A DNA stretch of 64,000 nt from Thermoanaerobaculia bacterium (GTDB lineage Bacteria > Acidobacteriota > Thermoanaerobaculia > Gp7-AA8), in the NCBI GenBank assembly GCA_017883235.1, contig JADGNY010000005.1, positions 7,180-71,179 of the forward strand, in the 5' to 3' direction. The position numbers were made by a program, and so were the translations under genes. This document shows positions 45,613-54,031 of this stretch, piece after piece. Within the stretch, counting starts at the first letter, position 1, and each line of letters opens with the position of its first letter. The notes under the pieces are model-generated. The model was given only the letters and a program-made list of their open reading frames with translations. It was not told the DNA's origin and did no database searches.

Positions 45613-45723
45613 AAGGCCGCCTGGGCTAAAAGCGTACGCGCGGCTCGGTCGCCGCAGATCATGGTGTGAGGCTGCGTACCAAGCGCGGAACCTGCTTCTT
45701 GAACCTTCCTGAGTAAGGCCACT

Positions 45724-46131
45724 CTACTCACGCCTGAACTGGAGCGTCATGAACACCCCGCCGATCGCGGCCATCGAGATACCGGCGACGAGGTGGTCCC
45801 GGCTTACTGACGCCTTACCGGGCGGGGCGTCAACCATCAGCGTCAGCGCCACCCCAAGGAGAATTCCCCCGACCGTACCCACGAGGGAGTAGATCTTTCG
45901 CTTGCGGCGAAGGTAAACAACATCGGCGGCAAGATCGACGTGAACGGCCTCGACGGTTCTCAACCTCTGCCGCCTCGCGCAGCTGATGGATTCCAAGAGC
46001 AGGTCCTCAATGAACCGCTCAACGCGGATATGAAACCTGTCCAGCCCCGAACGCGTGAATGGCGACGGGTCAGTATCTTTAAGCAGGTTTCGTGCGGCTG
46101 CGATGATCGCGTAGTTCGTGTCTTCGGGCAT
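45724..46131 (-). CDS. Cassette gene 6: soluble N-domain plus 2 C-terminal TM helices (135 aa), unknown family
   Basis: ATG start 6 nt after the stop of gene 5. TM helices are IYSLVGTVGGILLGVALTLMV and LVAGISMAAIGGVFMTL. Confidence 0.65.
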   Translation of the reverse strand: MPEDTNYAIIAAARNLLKDTDPSPFTRSGLDRFHIRVERFIEDLLLESISCARRQRLRTVEAVHVDLAADVVYLRRKRKIYSLVGTVGGILLGVALTLMVDAPPGKASVSRDHLVAGISMAAIGGVFMTLQFRRE

Positions 46132-46137
46132 TTCGGC

Positions 46138-46488
46138 TTACTCCCTGCAGAGTTTGGATCGATTTATGACGTCGCGGTACGCTAGCTTCATTAGGTTCTT
46201 CAGTTCCGGAACGGAACCGGGTTGTGGACGTTGTCTGTACGTCTCGACGCCGTTCGTAATCGCTGATACACCCAGCGCGACGCCCGCCGCCACCACGCTC
46301 CCTATCACCTCTCGCTCCACGAGGGTAATCAAGACAACGCCAGCCGAAACGGCTCCGGCCATCATCGCGGCCACAACGACGTTGATCCCGAAAAGCCAGC
46401 GTCCAAAGCGCGATCGTTGAATAGCCGAAAACGCACGCGCCAAGCGATCGTGCAGGATGGCGTCCTTCGATTGCCGCTTACTGATCAT
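46138..46488 (-). CDS. Cassette gene 5: small 2-TM protein (116 aa), unknown family
   Basis: ATGA overlap with gene 4. Hydrophobic hairpin: WLFGINVVVAAMMAGAVSAGVVLITLV / VIGSVVAAGVALGVSAI. Confidence 0.65.
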   Translation of the reverse strand: MISKRQSKDAILHDRLARAFSAIQRSRFGRWLFGINVVVAAMMAGAVSAGVVLITLVEREVIGSVVAAGVALGVSAITNGVETYRQRPQPGSVPELKNLMKLAYRDVINRSKLCRE

Positions 46489-47327
46489 AGCCCGCTTCCC
46501 GCCTCGGTGTTCAGTTCTTTCAAACGCTGAGGCACTTCGGTCCCGAAACGAAAGTTCGCTCTGTTGTCGCCGGACCGATCGAGGATCTCACGCCAGAATC
46601 GCTCGAGGTCATGGGCGGCAGGCCGCTTGGTGGTACCTGGCGAGGTGGGGTCGGTTGCTAGAAGCATCGTCACGCTGGCACCATTTAAATGAAGCAAGGG
46701 TTCACTCGGCAATGCACGTGCGGCCTTAATCTCCTTCATTATCGACTGCTTCTCCAGCGACAGCTTGCCTCCAAGAAGCGAATCATTACAGTCTTCGAGC
46801 ATATCGCTCACAATTATGATTTCGACCGGACGGCTTGGCCGGGCGTCGATCGTCACCTCTTCTGCTTTCCGTAGCGCACCCGATATGCAGGTCAGCTTGC
46901 GCCCGATGCGGTTTCCGGCGGCGACTTGGTGGAGCGTCTTGGCGACTTCAACCTTCGATCGGGCCTTGAAAACGCTGAAATCAACGGAGTCGCTCGTCGT
47001 CAGCGTATCCGGAAGCGTCGCTGTGTAGATAGCCGGCGCACGCTCGACATCCTCGAGAATGGGGAAGACGATCAGCGTCGCTTTCGGCGGCATGATCTCT
47101 ACAATCCTCTGAACCTTCTCCTCAACGACCGCGTGTTCCCTTGCGCTGAGGCTATCCGTAACATCGGCGAAAATCACATACGTGCGAGGCAGCGTACGTG
47201 GATCGGGCGCGCGGTCTTTGGAGTTGATCGTGGTCGATCCGGTCCGCTCTCTTCCGGACGATTTCCCCGCGCACCCGCACACACCGAGCGCCGTTGCGGT
47301 CCCGAGGGCGACAATCCACCTGATCAA
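46485..47327 (-). CDS. Cassette gene 4: probable lipoprotein with a weak vWA/Rossmann-like signature (280 aa)
   Basis: TTG start with a TTGA overlap with gene 3. Signal/lipobox is ALGTATALGVCGCAG. It contains YVIFADVTDS and EIIIVSDMLED strands. Confidence 0.65.
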   Translation of the reverse strand: MIRWIVALGTATALGVCGCAGKSSGRERTGSTTINSKDRAPDPRTLPRTYVIFADVTDSLSAREHAVVEEKVQRIVEIMPPKATLIVFPILEDVERAPAIYTATLPDTLTTSDSVDFSVFKARSKVEVAKTLHQVAAGNRIGRKLTCISGALRKAEEVTIDARPSRPVEIIIVSDMLEDCNDSLLGGKLSLEKQSIMKEIKAARALPSEPLLHLNGASVTMLLATDPTSPGTTKRPAAHDLERFWREILDRSGDNRANFRFGTEVPQRLKELNTEAGSGL

Positions 47328-48610
47328 GAGCTGGCCGTACCTTCCGGCTCCGGAGTCACGGGTGTGTCAAACCTATGTGACGCAGTGCTTTCCTCGTTCG
47401 CCAAGCGTCGTGCAACAGCGTAGCGCTGCTGAGCGAAGGCCATCCACTGCTTCAAAACGAACTGCACGCGTTCGTGAAGGTGCCGCCCGCTGTGAATTGT
47501 CTCCGGCACAGCAAAGCCCTGCCGATACCCGTCCAAGTAAAGCGCGTACGCCGCCTCAGCCGCTTTGCTACTCGACTTGTCGGCTGCCCCGAAAGCGGCG
47601 GCGAGACGTTGTACGTCGGCCTCCGCGGTGCTCCCAATTTCCGCCGCGTCGTCGGATTCCTTCCGGAATCGGGTGCGGTCAGTCGTCAACGATGCGAGAC
47701 GTCGTGAATTCTGCAGCCGGCTCCACCCTGCCGAGGCGCAGATACCGCCAATCAGCGGCAACGTCAGGGTGAGCAAAACGAACGAGAGATTGGCTTGCTC
47801 TTGCATCGTTTTACGCTGCTCCTCGAGACCAGGAGGAATGACGCCGGCGGCACTCTGCTTCTGCATCTCCTGCAGGGTTCTGACTCCCGTTCGTAGCCGA
47901 GCGAGAAGGAACAGATTCCCGCCGACCATCAGTAAAACGGCCATCAATGCCACCGCGGCGACCACACGAACCCATCGGCTTTGGAGGTAGTGCGGCTTGA
48001 AGAAGAAGTCCGCGATAAACTTAAAGAACAGGGCGAGTGCGGCAATGCCGATCGCAAACGCAAGCGGCTCCCACATCGTTTGCCACTCGTCGCGAATAAC
48101 GGAAAGGTCCTCCAGCTTGTGATAGTTGGTTTTAATGCCGAGGCCGTCCGCGGCAAGGAGCGAGAGCGGAAGATCGGCGATCCAAAGGACCAGAGCTACG
48201 ATGCAGTAAAAGACTCCGAGGGGAAAAGAATAGCCCGTTGGATTCTTCAGACGGTCGGCCTCCACCTTGTCGTAGGCATCGTCGACATTCTTCGCGATCG
48301 TTTCCGCGCGAGTGCGACGCTCCGTCGCGATCTTCGACGTTGCCTCAGCCTTCGCGAGGTCGGTCGTGAGCGCATCAACATGCTCTTGTCGCCTTCGTTC
48401 CGCGTCGAGAGCGAATATCGATTGGGCCTCCGCGGAGAACAGACCGAGCCGTCCCGCGGTCCAACCGCGCCACCACTCGGGGTCGCTGTAGGTTGTGGGG
48501 ATCGGGATACCGCTGCTGTGGTCGGCACGGTCGTGGTTGTCGAGTTTGAGGCCCGGCCAATCCCGAAATGGCCGACCGTCGCTGCTCAATACGTCTTTTT
48601 CGTCGCTCAT
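47324..48610 (-). CDS. Cassette gene 3: coiled-coil plus 4-TM protein (428 aa), unknown family
   Basis: ATG start with GAAGGGA upstream. A charged helical N-region is followed by four TM helices (FPLGVFYCIVALVLWI..., LAFAIGIAALALFF..., VVAAVALMAVLLMVGG..., FVLLTLTLPLIGGI...). Confidence 0.7.
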   Translation of the reverse strand: MSDEKDVLSSDGRPFRDWPGLKLDNHDRADHSSGIPIPTTYSDPEWWRGWTAGRLGLFSAEAQSIFALDAERRRQEHVDALTTDLAKAEATSKIATERRTRAETIAKNVDDAYDKVEADRLKNPTGYSFPLGVFYCIVALVLWIADLPLSLLAADGLGIKTNYHKLEDLSVIRDEWQTMWEPLAFAIGIAALALFFKFIADFFFKPHYLQSRWVRVVAAVALMAVLLMVGGNLFLLARLRTGVRTLQEMQKQSAAGVIPPGLEEQRKTMQEQANLSFVLLTLTLPLIGGICASAGWSRLQNSRRLASLTTDRTRFRKESDDAAEIGSTAEADVQRLAAAFGAADKSSSKAAEAAYALYLDGYRQGFAVPETIHSGRHLHERVQFVLKQWMAFAQQRYAVARRLANEESTASHRFDTPVTPEPEGTASS

Positions 48611-48621
48611 CTAGAATCCCT

Positions 48622-49554
48622 TCACGCATCCGCCAACACTGTCGGCCCTGGCGGCGATGGCGCCTCGTGCGATACGGGAGCACCTGCCTCCGCAGCTATT
48701 TCGTCGAATGGCGCCCGCAACCGCGTCGCGGCTGCAATGACAGCGCGAATGCGCTGGATTAATTCTGTTTCTGCCTTTGACGTCAGTTCCTGGCTCGCAC
48801 GGTCTTTGGCTTCCGACTGGGCGATCGCACCCGCCAGATTCGCTCTCTGTGTCCGAATGTCGCGGAGAGCCGTCAACGACGCCACCGCCGCACTCTCGGT
48901 CAGTTCTCGCTCCAACTCACCAACCTCCGCTTGAATCCTGGCGCGTTCGACGCGCAGTTTTGCGATTTCGTCCACATGTTCACGAGCGATCTCGAGGTCA
49001 ATGACATCCCACTGTTCCGGATCGGGCGGCTCAACGGTCCGCCCGCGAGTCAAGTGCACCTTGCTCAGCACACGGATCAGCACGTCCCTGGCCCTTCCGA
49101 AAACGCCCGCGTGGCTCTCGATTGCCGCTGCAGATGCACCATCGGCTTTTCCTCTCCGGCGCTCGGCCTTTCGATCGCCGAGGCGGAGACCAAGGCGCTT
49201 TGCGCGCGCCACCTGCTCGATCCATGAGCGTTCGACTCGATAGCGTTCGATCAGAGCCGCAACAGCACGTTCGACGTCAACTGCGTTGTCCTCTGGAGGC
49301 TTCTGGATCTCGATAAGTCGAGCCTCGCGTTTCTGCAGCGTGTAAATCCAAAAGGCTGCGTCAGCATAAATGCCCCGGTAAACGAGGCCATACGCGAGCG
49401 CAAGAGAGCTCGCCATCATGAACAGTGTCCAACCTCCCCAGACAAACCGGTTCGGTTCGCTAGCGACAGCGGCAACGACCACGGCAACGGCGAGCGCGAT
49501 GGGCGGGATCGCAAAGTGCCATTGATTGCCGCGCGGTGAAGAACGTTCGGTCAT
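48622..49554 (-). CDS. Cassette gene 2: N-terminal 3-TM region plus long coiled-coil tail (310 aa), unknown family
   Basis: ATGA overlap with gene 1. IPPIALAVAVVVAAVA, WTLFMMASSLALAYGLV, then E/R/A-rich helices. Confidence 0.7.
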   Translation of the reverse strand: MTERSSPRGNQWHFAIPPIALAVAVVVAAVASEPNRFVWGGWTLFMMASSLALAYGLVYRGIYADAAFWIYTLQKREARLIEIQKPPEDNAVDVERAVAALIERYRVERSWIEQVARAKRLGLRLGDRKAERRRGKADGASAAAIESHAGVFGRARDVLIRVLSKVHLTRGRTVEPPDPEQWDVIDLEIAREHVDEIAKLRVERARIQAEVGELERELTESAAVASLTALRDIRTQRANLAGAIAQSEAKDRASQELTSKAETELIQRIRAVIAAATRLRAPFDEIAAEAGAPVSHEAPSPPGPTVLADA

Positions 49555-50732
49555 GGCGCTCCTCCACGGTCACGTAATCGCGGTTCTATCGACTTGATGG
49601 CGTACAGAACGAAGACGGCCGTGCTGAGCAGGGCGATTGCGCTGCCGACGAATGTATGTGCCAGTACCGGCAGCAGGTCCCCGATATCGTTTCCGGGTTT
49701 TGGCCCGGTTGTAACGAAGACAAGCGCCAAGCCACCGCAGAACAGGAAAGGCACTGCGGCGAGCAATTGAACGTACGACCGGCGACTCAACGAAGTCGCG
49801 CTCAGGCGGACTTTCTCGTGATCCGGCTCCTCCTTTTCGTCCCACTCAAAACTTCGGCGGAGCAACCAATCGACGAGAAGGGTCAACCCTGAAATGACGC
49901 CAAGGGTTCCGATTAGCACACCGGCGGCATAGACGTAGCGTCTGAGTGGAGTCGACGCAAGACTGTTCGTGAAGGAGTAGATATATGGAAGCAAATGACT
50001 CACGTCGTGAACGCTGCTGCTCTTTACAAGTAGCGTCCACACCGTTCCGGTCGCTGCGACGGAAGCATAGCCGAGCCACGCGAGGAACTTCGCTACGCGA
50101 TAGGTGACGAGGCTGTCGCCCAACGCCTCCACGCGTTTTGTCGATTGCTCGACGGCAACGCGTGCGTGCTCGGCTGCCGCTTCCAGCCGTTTGATGTGTT
50201 GCTGTCGCTGCGACTCGGCTTCCTTCCATTGCGCTGTTCGGGCATCTCGAACGCGAGTGGCTGTTTCCCGCAAGTCGACCAGCGCCCGCTCATGGTCTTT
50301 TCTGAGGTTCTCCTGCTCCTCGGCTATGCGACGCGCTTCTTCAACCCTCCTTGCACGCTCGATCTCGGCTCGGAGTCGAGTAATCCTTTCATCCCGATCC
50401 GCCAGATCTTCGAGGAGCTTCTTCTTCCTATCCCGTTGAGCCGCCATCCCGTCGCGAATCGCGGTACGTGCGTCAATATCCTCCTGAAGGGGCTGAAGGT
50501 TCTCTCGAAGAACGGCGCGTGTCGACTCGCCGGTTTCCCTCAGGTACGCGCGGTACTGGTCCGCCATCGATTGAATTGCGCCGATGAAAAGACCGGGATC
50601 GGCGTCGCAAAGCGCGAGAACCGTTGCGACATCGAAAAGATCGTCACGGCTCTCGAATGGAAAGTTATTGGCGTCTCCTCCGATCGATTCGTTCCGATCG
50701 AAGCTGTCGCCAGTGAGGCCACTCACGTTCAT
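49551..50732 (-). CDS. Cassette gene 1: long coiled-coil N-region plus 4 C-terminal TM helices (393 aa), unknown family
   Basis: ATG at 50730-50732 lies 7 nt after AAGGAAG. The track starts 2 codons earlier at GTG. It contains LLEDLADRDERITRLRAEIERARRVEEARRIAEEQENLRKDHERALVDLRE and then four hydrophobic helices. Confidence 0.7.
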   Translation of the reverse strand: MNVSGLTGDSFDRNESIGGDANNFPFESRDDLFDVATVLALCDADPGLFIGAIQSMADQYRAYLRETGESTRAVLRENLQPLQEDIDARTAIRDGMAAQRDRKKKLLEDLADRDERITRLRAEIERARRVEEARRIAEEQENLRKDHERALVDLRETATRVRDARTAQWKEAESQRQQHIKRLEAAAEHARVAVEQSTKRVEALGDSLVTYRVAKFLAWLGYASVAATGTVWTLLVKSSSVHDVSHLLPYIYSFTNSLASTPLRRYVYAAGVLIGTLGVISGLTLLVDWLLRRSFEWDEKEEPDHEKVRLSATSLSRRSYVQLLAAVPFLFCGGLALVFVTTGPKPGNDIGDLLPVLAHTFVGSAIALLSTAVFVLYAIKSIEPRLRDRGGAP

Positions 50733-51180
50733 TGCCACACTTCCTTTTCGTTGAGACTACGCTCTTCTCTCTAGGACACACAGGACACACCCACACGTAA
50801 GGAGTGATGGGCGTGCGACTTTCCTACCAGCCAATTGTGGAACATTTGTGATGCGAAGAGTCGAGCAACAAGCGGTAGGCCGAGGCCTAGTCGACCAGAA
50901 TAGTCACCGACCACCGACAGCGCTCAAGCTGCTCCTCTCCTCTTAAGGAGTGCCGCGAACGCACTTTTTCCTACCCGCTCGACAAAAATTTACTTATTTT
51001 GACAGCGGGCAGACGGCCGCCAGCGTCAGCGAGCTGGCCTTCAGAAAGGGCCGGAACGCTGCTGTGTCTTTCAACATGTCATCCGCTCAGGATTTGCGGC
51101 CCTCGACAACGCCCCGACACTTCGCCGCAAGCGCAGGACGATGTGCGCGGCTCCGGTTTCGTGCCTCAGGTCCGCTCAGT

Positions 51181-52203
51181 TCACGGCGTCCGGCACTTGG
51201 GGAGTTGCTTCGCGGCCCGCTCGATGTCTGCATCAACCAGACGCGGCTCCGTATCAGCCAGGACGCGGTAGCGATCGTATTCCTGTCCAGCCTTTGCTCT
51301 GGCCGTTTCGGCGGAGATCTGCCCGGCGTGATCCAGCAGCTCCCGTCCGGAGATTCTCAGGAACTCATCCAGCTTTTCGATCCATTGGCGCATGTTCATC
51401 GGCTTGCGGTCGAGGGCCTGGAGCTCGGCGAACTCGATGTAGAGACTCACGATCCGGTTGAGCGTTTGCAGCTCTTCTTCGCTGAGGTAGTTCTTGGCGA
51501 CCGAGACATCTTCGCGGCGAATGATCTTGCCGGGACGGATGGTCCTGAGCCCCATCAGCGGCTGGGTTGCGTCGGCGCGCTGGTGGATCACCTCGGCCGC
51601 CGTGTGGCCGTGCGTTGCCCAGTGCATCTTGTTCTGCACCGTGGCAAAGAACTGCTGCGTCATCTCCGTGTTGGGTGTGTAGTCGACGCTCGTCGCGTAG
51701 ATATCGAGCACCTTCTGGTAGAAACGCCGTTCCGAGGAGCGGATGTCGCGGATGCGCTCCAGCAACTCGTCGAAGTAGTCCGCGTAGCCCTTGCCCGGAG
51801 GGTTTTTGAGGCGATCGTCATCCATGGTGAAACCTTTCACCAGGTACTCGCTCAACCGCGCTGTGGCCCACTGGCGGAACTGCGTGCCGCGGTGGCTGCG
51901 CACGCGATAGCCGACGGCGAGGATGGCGGGGAGGCTGTAGTGCTCGACCTCACGAGCGACCTCGCGCGCGCCCTCCAAACGAACTATCCGGAATTTCCGG
52001 ATAGTTGCCTCCCGGCTCAACTCGCCCTCCTCGAAGATGTTCACCAAGTGCTCGTTGATCGTTCGCACATCCTTCTGGAAGAGGTCAGCCAGGAGCGCCT
52101 GCGTGAGCCAGATCGTCTCGTTCTCAAACCGGCATTGGATGCGCGTCCGCCCGTCCTCGGTCTGGTAGAGGATGATGCTGGATTGCGGCTGGCTGTCGGG
52201 CAT
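51181..52203 (-). CDS. rhuM: RhuM-family protein
   Basis: Start at MPDSQPQSSIILYQTEDGRTRIQCRFENETIWLTQALLADLF. ...GYRVRSHRGTQFRQWAT..L.EYLVKGF.MDD.RLK... is typical of RhuM. Confidence 0.8.
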   Translation of the reverse strand: MPDSQPQSSIILYQTEDGRTRIQCRFENETIWLTQALLADLFQKDVRTINEHLVNIFEEGELSREATIRKFRIVRLEGAREVAREVEHYSLPAILAVGYRVRSHRGTQFRQWATARLSEYLVKGFTMDDDRLKNPPGKGYADYFDELLERIRDIRSSERRFYQKVLDIYATSVDYTPNTEMTQQFFATVQNKMHWATHGHTAAEVIHQRADATQPLMGLRTIRPGKIIRREDVSVAKNYLSEEELQTLNRIVSLYIEFAELQALDRKPMNMRQWIEKLDEFLRISGRELLDHAGQISAETARAKAGQEYDRYRVLADTEPRLVDADIERAAKQLPKCRTP

Positions 52204-52321
52204 GCGTACTCCGAACGGGCAGCACGAGTTTACTGGCAGATCATCCAATCCAACGGCTGTAGAGCAACGGCGTGCGCCACGCCGAGAGGAGATGCTGGAG
52301 CCCCCTGTCCGTTGCCGCTCA

Positions 52322-52510
52322 TTTCGGCTACCGCTCGTAGAGCGGCCGGCCTAATCCTCCAGCGTCGGCATCGCCAGCAGCACCTCGCTCGCTCTCGGCC
52401 GGTCCTTCACTTCCTCAGAGACAGCCGAGAATGGTCATGAACGTCGACTTTCCGCTGCCGCTCGCTCCCATGATGGCGATGAACGGGCACGGCTCCACCG
52501 AGACGTTGAT
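52322..52510 (-). pseudogene. Internally deleted copy of the MacB-type ABC ATPase gene
   Basis: 52322-52416 matches 53264-53356 (gene 3' end plus downstream sequence). 52417-52510 matches 53856-53950 (Walker A region). About 0.5 kb of the middle is missing. Confidence 0.8.
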
Positions 52511-52637
52511 GGTCCCCAGTTCGACTCTGGGCACCGCCACCAACCTTCCTCTCCAGCCCGCGAAACGACGCGTGGAAGATGGAGCAGAAGAGGCGAGAAG
52601 CCTCTGTTTGACGCGCTCTCGCGCCTGATCATGGCAC

Positions 52638-53063
52638 TCAGTGGGGCAATGGCAGGTTCCAGAAGAACTGAGAGATTCGTACGAGAAGCGGGTCAGGCAC
52701 GGCAGCGCCAGCTTCGTTCAGCCGCTTCACTTCTTCGTTGATGCGAGCGAGCTCTTGCCTGTCAAGCCAGAAACCATGGCAACCGGGGCAGTAGTCAAGG
52801 ATGATCGTGGTGTCGATGTTGAAGTCGACTTTACGCATCTGGATATCGGCATCGCGCGGACAGTCAATTGGCCCGTATTCATCCTCGTGTTGAAATGAAT
52901 CGCCATCTACGGTCGAGAATTCGAGATCGCCAGGAGTGGGATCGGCGAGGCGGTTCAGTTGTCCATGTTCCAGGAACATCCCACCACAGAGCGGACAGGT
53001 TTGGACCGATGTCTGCCCGATCGATTTAGTTTCCAGGACTGCAGCATCACGCGGACAGTTCAT
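52638..53063 (-). CDS. Double zf-TFIIB-type zinc-finger protein
   Basis: Two modules: CPRDAAVLE...CPLCGGMFLEHGQL and CPRDADIQM...CPGCHGFWLDRQEL. Confidence 0.7.
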   Translation of the reverse strand: MNCPRDAAVLETKSIGQTSVQTCPLCGGMFLEHGQLNRLADPTPGDLEFSTVDGDSFQHEDEYGPIDCPRDADIQMRKVDFNIDTTIILDYCPGCHGFWLDRQELARINEEVKRLNEAGAAVPDPLLVRISQFFWNLPLPH

Positions 53064-53154
53064 ACGTCCTCCCGTCGGTTTGCTCGAAACGCATTATAGG
53101 CACGGGTTCCGCGGAGAGCGCGGAGGTTCTAAGGATGTGCCCTCTCCTCTCCGC

Positions 53155-53250
53155 GCCTCGGATGCGCTCCAGCAACTCGTCGAAGTAATCCAGTTGTCCC
53201 TTTCCCGGCGGGTTCTTGAGGCGCTCGTCGTCCATGGTGAAGCCCTTCAT
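53155..53250 (-). pseudogene. rhuM fragment
   Basis: MKGFTMDDERLKNPPGKGQLDYFDELLERIR aligns with VKGFTMDDDRLKNPPGKGYADYFDELLERIR of the full gene (nucleotides about 51740-51840). It has no flanking continuation. Confidence 0.75.
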
Positions 53251-53290
53251 CGCAGTTGACGCTTATTCGGCTACCGCTCGTAGAGCCCGC

Positions 53291-54031
53291 CTAATCCTCC
53301 AGCGTCGGCATCGCCATCAACACCTCGCTTGCGCGCGGTCGCTCCTTCACTTCCTCGTCCTTCCTGATCTTCCCATCACGAAAAACGATGACCCGTTTGG
53401 CGAATTGGGCGATGTCGGGCTCGTGGGTGACCAGGACGATCGTCAGGCCTTGTTCGTTCAGATGCTGGAAGACCTCCATGATCTCAACCGCCGTGCGGCT
53501 GTCGAGGTTTCCGGTTGGCTCGTCCGCGAGGAGGATGGAGGGACGGTTCACCAGCGCGCGGGCGATGGCGACGCGTTGCTGCTGGCCGCCGGAGAGCTGT
53601 GACGGAAAATGCCGGGAGCGTTCGGCGAGGCCGACCAGGGCCAGTGCTTCGGTGGCGCGCTTCGTCCGCTCCATCTTGTCGATCCTCGTATAGAGAGTCG
53701 GCAACTGCACGTTCTCGAGCGCGCTCGTGCGCGGCAGGAGATTGAATCCCTGGAAAACGAAGCCGAGTTTGCTGTTGCGGATGCCGGCCAGCTGGCGCTT
53801 ATCGAGGCTGGAGACGTCGATTCCCTCGAGCAGGTAACGTCCCGAGGTCGGACGGTCGAGACAGCCGAGAATGTTCATGAACGTCGACTTTCCGCTGCCG
53901 CTCGCTCCCATGATGGCGATGAACGCGCGCGGCTCCACCGAGACGTTGATGCCGCGGAGCGCGTGCAGGCGCGACTCGCCGAGCTGGTAATACTTGTGAA
54001 CCTCCTCGACTTGGATGATGGCCACGCTCAC
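53291..54031 (-). CDS. MacB/LolD-type ABC transporter ATP-binding protein
   Basis: GASGSGKST, LSGGQQQR and ILLADEPTGNLD. Confidence 0.9.
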   Translation of the reverse strand: MSVAIIQVEEVHKYYQLGESRLHALRGINVSVEPRAFIAIMGASGSGKSTFMNILGCLDRPTSGRYLLEGIDVSSLDKRQLAGIRNSKLGFVFQGFNLLPRTSALENVQLPTLYTRIDKMERTKRATEALALVGLAERSRHFPSQLSGGQQQRVAIARALVNRPSILLADEPTGNLDSRTAVEIMEVFQHLNEQGLTIVLVTHEPDIAQFAKRVIVFRDGKIRKDEEVKERPRASEVLMAMPTLED

